A DNA stretch of 64,000 bases. Origin: Chromera velia (taxonomy: Eukaryota). Position 1 is the stretch's first letter. The number at the start of each line of letters is the position of its first letter. Positions 57,257 through 64,000 of this stretch are shown here, piece after piece. Under the pieces are notes generated by a model. It was not told the origin of the DNA, did no database searches, and saw nothing but the letters and a program-made list of their open reading frames with translations. Both the position numbers and the translations under genes were made by a program. The stretch spans positions 124,001 to 188,000 of the forward strand of contig JAHBMJ010000332.1 in assembly GCA_018398765.1 (NCBI GenBank). Direction: 5' to 3'.

Positions 57257-60200
57257 TTATAATGCATGTTTGTATAAGTTTATAATATTAATTAGTAGTA
57301 AGTAGCTACTAACTAGAAGTAATCTACCTTACAGCTAGCCCTGCAAGTTGCAACTAGCTAGGATTTTATGGGGTTTTGACTAGTTTAAACAGTGGTATTG
57401 ACTGTAATATCACTGCATATAATAAGGTTTAATTTATAATTAAGATTTTGTAGGATTTTATATGGTTGTGAGGGTTTATTGATGGTGAATCTATAAAATA
57501 CTAAATTAAGGTTCACAATTCAACTTCACATTTAAAAAAATGAACTTTAGCTAGGGTAACCTTTAACCTTATCGAATTAACTTGTTTTAAACTATTTTAA
57601 ACTTAGCTTTAGACGTATAGCTGCTGAAAATGTTAAACATGATTTGAACTTACAGATTTTAAAGAATTTTATTAGTAATTTTAGGTGCTAAGTATACACC
57701 CAGAAGTACAAAGTGTTGAGCGCTTAGCGCCGGCACTATTACAATTCTTAAGGGCTGCCAGTGCTAGCTTAACACAAAAGCCGCATAGAAGAGATAGCGT
57801 TTCAAATTCAGAAAATTAAAGAAATACAGCTATGTTACTTAGTTAGTTAGAGGATGCCTAACATTAAATTCTAATAATAGAACTAATTATAATAATTAAA
57901 AAAAAAAAAAACGGAAACCGCTCGGTCCGGATCCATTGGGCCCGAACTCACTGCACGTCGATCTGTTTCGAAGGAGAACCCCTTATTAAGCGCTGCCGGC
58001 ATCATATGAAGGCAACCCGACTTATAGCTACTAAGCTTAGAAGATTCACGTACAATGAAATAGAGGCGTGGACTCGTCCTCACCCCCCTTCTGTCATCTG
58101 ATCCGATCGTTCTGACGCAGCTGAGCGCATTCGACAACATTTCCTTTCATTCTTTGATTGCGTCCTTCCTACAAGGGCGCATCTGGTGAGAGTTGAAACA
58201 CAAACCGATTTCTCCCTTCGTTGCTTCATTTTGCAATTCTCGTTCTAGCATAATTGCACCTTCATCATCTCACTTCGATCTTTTCTCCCACCTCAACGCC
58301 CATCCTCCCACAGTCCCGTGCACTCCCTTTTCCTACGCCCTTCCTCAGGGTCGGTCGATCAGTCTCGTTAGACTCAATTCAATTCTTACAACAACGTACG
58401 GTCACTTCACTTCTTCACATGATTCATTTTTTGACTGCTGCACGGACGCACCCGGAGATCCTCTGACTTTCTCAATCCGCTTTTTCCTCCCTCCCTCTCT
58501 AGCATGAACAGCGTGCACGAATGAACGAGTGGAGGGATGGAGCCAAAACTCTCTCGAGAGAGTTCATGAATGCATTCATGCATGCAATTGCATGGAATGA
58601 AGATTGAAGAAACAAACTGCATCTCATGCCACAACGTTACGCGCCAGCGCAGACAAAACACACACACACCGGCCTGCAGGGGACGTCTACAGTCCCTTCT
58701 TCTCTGCTGAACGGAAGACACAGTGGGGCGGGAAGGCAGGCAGCAAAGAGAGACTGGAGACAGGCAGGAAATGAGACAGACAGGAAGGCAGCTCTTAGTA
58801 AGAAAGAAGGAACATACCATGAATTTCTGTCAGTTAGAGACCGGAGATTTTTCTTCATTCCCGGTGAATGAAGATTGATCTCCCTTCTCGTCTGCCTGAC
58901 TGACTCACCCACCCGCTCACTCGTGCCTTCAGGCCCGGAGAGAGCGAACCATGCAACAACCAAACAAACAAGCAGCAACTCATCGCACTGCATGCAGAGG
59001 CAAAGAGGCACAACAACAACAACAACGACAAAACTGAAGTCTTCTTTTCCCTTTGTCTTTTTGCATGTCTATGAATAGGTGATCGGGATGGGACCAAGGA
59101 AGAAAGAATTGGGGGAGTACGAATTTTGAGAGGCACACCCGAGGCCGTGGATGGACACATGCGGACGCACAGACAGAACGAAAGTTCGTCTGCATGCCCC
59201 ATTTCGCAACACTCACTCCTTCTCCCCTGTACTCGTAGACATCCGGTTGTTCTTTTTGGTCCCTTCGGTTGATCGGTCTGACATGCTTCTGTCCTTTCTT
59301 TCTTCTTGTCAGTCACTCTTCCGTACTTCTTCGTGCTCTGACTGGAGTCCGCCATTCCGGGTATCACGGGATGACTTTTGTTTTCTTGTCTCAACTGGTC
59401 TATTCATCCCTCCGTGTATCTGCCCGTCAGCCACACTGTCCGGCCAAGCACCGAGCCCCCCTCTGCTGAGCCTTCACCCGCGGCCGTTTAACAAAGAAAG
59501 AAACGAACTTCCCCAGATCGTCACAGAGAGATTGGGAGGTCCTGAAGTGAATTGCCGCTACAGCAGTGAAGGAAACAAGGGAGGGAGGAAGGACGGAATG
59601 CAACCAGACAGACAGACAGGTCGCCCTCTTCCTCTTCCCGAACATTCAACTAGAGGGGGCTAAGACCGTACGGAGGCAGGCCGGCAGATTTGGAGCCGTG
59701 GCTGAAGTTCCTTTCATCTGCAGACCGTTTGAAGGCAAGTGGCCGCTTTTTTGCTTTTCTTACTGCTCTCTCTTTCTTCTCTGAATTTTGCCTCGACACG
59801 ACCGCACGACACCCACTGGACTCGACCACGACCGCGATCAAGCTGGAGCCAGAGACCAACATGAGACCACACAGCTAAGTCGCCTGTCTGACGGAACACC
59901 CCGGCCGACAGAAAGAGAGAGGGAGAAAGAGAGAGAGACGGGGGGGGAGGCGGAAGAAAGACAGTAGATGGAGAGAGAGAGAGCCTGCACACAGCCGTGT
60001 GTGGGAGGGACAGCTACGCCCGCTCAGGTCGAGTCGGACTGTATGCATAAATCTGCTCTTCACTCCAAGAAGCTGCAGCAGAGTGAGCCATCACTCATGA
60101 GGTGTTTGTACAAGTCGAGGAGCTATCTGTACGGCGACGAAAAGGCGGTCGGTCCAAAAACGAACAGACAGACAGACAGACAGACAGACAGGCAGACAGA

Positions 60201-60883
60201 CAGAAACAAACAAACAATGAAAGAAAGAAAGAAAGAAAAGAAAGAAAGAAAGAAAGAACGAACGAACGAACGAACGAAGGAAAGAAAAAAAGAAAGAAAG
60301 AAAGAAAGAAAGAAAGAAATGGGAAGAACAGTCACCTCGACGTCGGAGACAAACTCTCTGACATTCCTGCGCCCCCTATACAACCCCCGTCTATATTCTG
60401 CTTGCCCGAAAGAATTGCCTGCCGTTCTTTCATTTGAAAGCGTAACGCGAAAAAAGCAGAACAGAAGGACAAAGGGATGAACGAGACCGAGACAGACAGA
60501 CCAACAGAAACAGTAAAAGGAGGGAAGACAGAAGGTAGAGAAGGTACCTCTTGCAAACAGTCAATCTAAAAGACAGAAAGGAGGAAGAGGTGCTGAATCA
60601 GAAGAAGGTCGAAGAAAAGGGGACAGCACTTTTGTCCGGGTAACACAGAGACAAAAAGACGAACGGACAAAAAACGGATAGTCAAAGACTGCAGCTGTAG
60701 TAGGCAGAGGTACCAGGAAAGGCACAGCGCTGGACCTTGTAAAAAAAAAATCGCTGTAGGAAGACAAAGGGTAAAAAGGAAAAGGAAAGAAACAGAAAAA
60801 TGAGGCCGAAGCCAAAGAAGTGTTACTTGAAAGAAACTTCCACAGCACCCCCATTCGCCTTCATCTGTCGTGTGGTGTTCCTT

Positions 60884-61205
60884 CTCTCCCCCCGTCCCTC
60901 CCCGTGTCTGCCTGCCCTTCTTGCGCTCTCCCCCCGTCCCTCCCTGTGTCTGCCTGCCCTTTCTTCTTGCGCTCTCCCCCCGTCCCTCCCTGTGTCTGCC
61001 TGCCCTTTCTTCTTGCGCTCTCCCCCCGTCCCTCCCTGTGTCTGCCTGCCCTTTCTTCTTGCGCTCTCCCCCCGTCCCTCCCTGTGTCTGCCTGCCCTTT
61101 CTTCTTGCGCTCTCCCCCCGTCCCTCCCTGTGTCTGCCTGCCCTTTCTTCTTGCGCTCTCCCCCCGTCCCTCCCTGTGTCTGCCTGCCCTTCTTGCGCTC
61201 TCCCC
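60884..61205. repeat. 46-bp minisatellite, about 7 copies
   Basis: Unit gctctccccccgtccctccctgtgtctgcctgccctttcttcttgc; period 46 (60971 to 61017). Confidence 0.95.
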
Positions 61206-62547
61206 AGTATCCCTCCCACACCCCTGAGGAACCTCACAGAAGAGCGAAGAAGAAAAACAAGTCACCGAACGGCTCCCACTCCCTCAGAGTGTCTGTCTGT
61301 ATCTCTCTTGCTCTCTCTCTGTGTCTCTCTCTCCTTCCGCACCCTCGATACACCCCTGAGGGAACCGACATGAGGAAACAGAAGAGCAAGATGACCAGGC
61401 AACTTGCCGAACAGATTGCACCTGCACAGACCCCTTATCAATGCTTGAACTGCCCCGCCTTCTCCCCGGTCTTTCTTTTTTCATCCATCCTTTTCTTCTT
61501 GGTCTTTCAGGCAGTCGGTCTGCCTAAGCTTACCTGAGCTGAATAGAATCAGTCGAGTCAACGACAGGGTTGACCTTTTTCTCCTTTCTTTCAGTATTCC
61601 TTCCAACTCTCCATCCATCCATCCATCCATCCATCCATCCTTTCAACTTGGTTACCTGTGTGCACCACTTCAGCGCAAGCACGGGAGAAAGAAACAGGAA
61701 GGAGGAGTGTCTGTCTGTCTGTCTGCCTGTCAGACTTTCCCTCACAATAAGGGAAAGCCCTCTCTCCCTGTCTCTCGCTCCGATCTCTCCTCTCCGCAGA
61801 CAGATAGACAGACAGACATTGGATAAGGCCTTCGGGCAGAAAAAATGCTGATGAAGCAAAAGAAAAGAGGATCCGAGATGTCTACAGCATCTCCCCAGAA
61901 TCAAGACAGGCAGGCATGGGGCAGTCTTTAAGACTCGTCTCTTTCACGTTTTCTTTCTTATCCGTTCCTTTCTTTTCTGTCATTCAGAGGATGCACCGTT
62001 TATTCATCAGCCGTAGAGTGGCAGTCAGACAGTCAGACAGACTCATGCGAGAAAACACAAGAACCATGAACCTAGGAGAAACGAAAAGACGCATGCAATC
62101 AAACAGAAACGAAGTACAAAAGCAAAGGGTAAATCAACGAAGCTGTACATGCGACTTTATGGCATAAGAAAAGATATGCAAGAAATAAAAGTCGAACGAT
62201 CTCTCTCTCGTTCCCCGAAAACAAAAATAGAGAGAAGCACTGCTGTTCCCCTTTCCCTTCAAGAGCCACCCCACGAACCCAACCCGCTCAGACGCCCCGT
62301 GTGTGAGGGAGGGTAGGATTGATCGGACCCCCTTTCTTTCTTTTTTCCCGTTCCCCCTCTCTTCCTGTTTCTCTCAACTTCTTCTTTTCTACTTTTTTAG
62401 TCCTTTTGGATACCCCCTTCCCCTTCCCATTCTCCCCCCCGCTGTTCTTTCTCTTCTTACTCACCACACACAGATCACTGCCAGAGCAGCCACGCATACT
62501 GGCCGTCTCCGGAAGCAGACATGAAGATTCACTCAGTTCAATTCAAT

Positions 62548-63708
62548 TCAAAGCACCAGGAGAGAGAGGGGCGTATCTGGAGGTACAGACTCTAGTTCCA
62601 CATCTGGAAACATGAGCATGTCTCCCCCCACCTCCTCATTCTCATCAATCCTCTCCGCACAACTTCCCACATCGCTGTCCTTTCGTCGTCTGTGATGATG
62701 GGAAGTTTGTCTGGACAGAAGACTGTGCGATCGGAGAATCGTCAGAGCATTGCGCAGAGGTGCAGAGACGAGAGACAGACGCTCCCTCATCTTCATCTTG
62801 CGTCGACGCTTCTCTCTCTCAGGACACTCGACGTGACCAGCACCTGCCGCCGCCTGATCTCCTCCTGTGGAAGGCTGCACTCCCTCGCTCCCTCCTGACC
62901 CTCCTGCCGCTCTCCTGTCGGGGCTTCCACCCTGAGCACCGACTGTCCCTCCTGTTCCCTCCTCCCCTCCTACGCCCACCCCTCCTGTCTCAGGAAGAAC
63001 ACCGACGCTCACCTCTGGGAGAGAGGATGACCTGCGAGGGCGGAACATTCTCATCTGCACGCACAGAAAGAAAGAAAGCAATAAAGAAAGAAATGGTGAA
63101 TCACATGTGGACACAAAAGAGGGGCAGAGCGGGGGAGCGGCAGCATTTGAGAGCACAAATCGAACTGAAAAGCTTGGGGCGGGAGGGGGGGGGGTCGAGA
63201 ACGTACAATGGCAGACTCCAAACGCAAAAAGAAATCCTATACACTTTCATTCTGACAGCACACCTGAGGTGCTCTCACAAGCCAGCTACGCCTTTTGGAA
63301 ACAAAAGGGAAGGAAAGAAAGAGACGGAATACAAAAAAGAAAGGACCAAAACTGCATCCAACGAATGATGAAGAGGGGTCCCCAATCAGCACGAAACGAA
63401 ATCGAACGAAATAAAATGATCAAATCCGAAAGAGTCCTACAAGCTTTCCCTAGTTCTTTCTCTCGTCTTGTCCTAACCACTCAGCAATGAACCCAACTGA
63501 CTTGATTCAGAGAGAAGGAGACGGAGCGCTGTCTCTTTGCTCCCTTCTCTCTTGCTTCCGACATCGCCCGTGAGAGAGACAGGGGAATAGCATCCTTCTC
63601 ACTGAAGGAGTCCTGCATGGCCGTCCAAAATTCCTCAAAGTCGATCTTCCCGTCTCCGTTCTTGTCGAATTCGGCCAGAATCTGGTCCAGCGTGTGGTGG
63701 TGGTGTTT
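62548..63708 (-). CDS. 3' end of an EF-hand protein, possibly a calcium-dependent protein kinase (exons 63708-63502 and 63054-62548; 5' part outside the window)
   Basis: ILAEFDKNGDGKIDFEEFWTAM is a canonical EF-hand, joined in phase 0 to a low-complexity last exon. No kinase domain is visible here. Confidence 0.8.
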
Positions 63709-64000
63709 CTGCATCCATCCACAAGTGGAGAAGAAAGAACAGAATGTCAGACCAACCAAGGAAGGTTCAGTCAACAATATAAATTTACCAGAGGGACGTT
63801 CCCATGCACCCCATGGAGCCCAGAAAGAAGCAAGAAAAAACAGCTCTATCTCCTTCCTCTTCCACTTTCATATAGCGGAACCGGTACCACGAAGAGCCAA
63901 CTTCCACCACTCCCGGAGGAATCCGAGCACCAACACAAACAAAGCATCACCAAAGGAAGAAGACCAGTAACCAAGCTGATTCATGGACTGAATGGATGAA

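Noticed and set aside
58100..61700. Possible minus-strand multi-exon gene (splice-like sites at about 61533, 60336-60366, 60120 and 59884)
   Set aside because: I could not assemble a consistent open frame or recognise a domain; a gene may exist but is unsupported by eye.

Overview
This is eukaryotic nuclear DNA: GT-AG introns, very long microsatellite-filled introns, four N gaps and abundant TGCATGCA motifs. The style suggests a photosynthetic alveolate such as the chromerid Chromera velia (inference only). Supported genes are a RING-H2 E3 ligase (-), a signal-peptide PPPDE-like ORF followed by a GNAT exon (+, possibly one fused gene), a coiled-coil protein (-), a probably plastid-targeted FN3 + tRNA-binding OB-fold protein (+), a CbiX/SirB chelatase with an N-terminal membrane anchor (-), a multi-exon hypothetical protein (+) and the 3' end of an EF-hand protein (-). 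Between them lie nested transposon remnants (hAT-like MITEs with 8-bp TSDs, foldback elements, a CRE-like non-LTR retrotransposon split by two insertions, two related 5'-truncated retroposons), pseudogenes and local duplications. The most striking signal is that four independent duplicated segments differ mostly by C>T/G>A transitions at CpA/TpG and CpG, which resembles a RIP-like repeat-directed mutator in a non-fungal lineage. All gene models and alignments were made by eye and have not been checked against databases.
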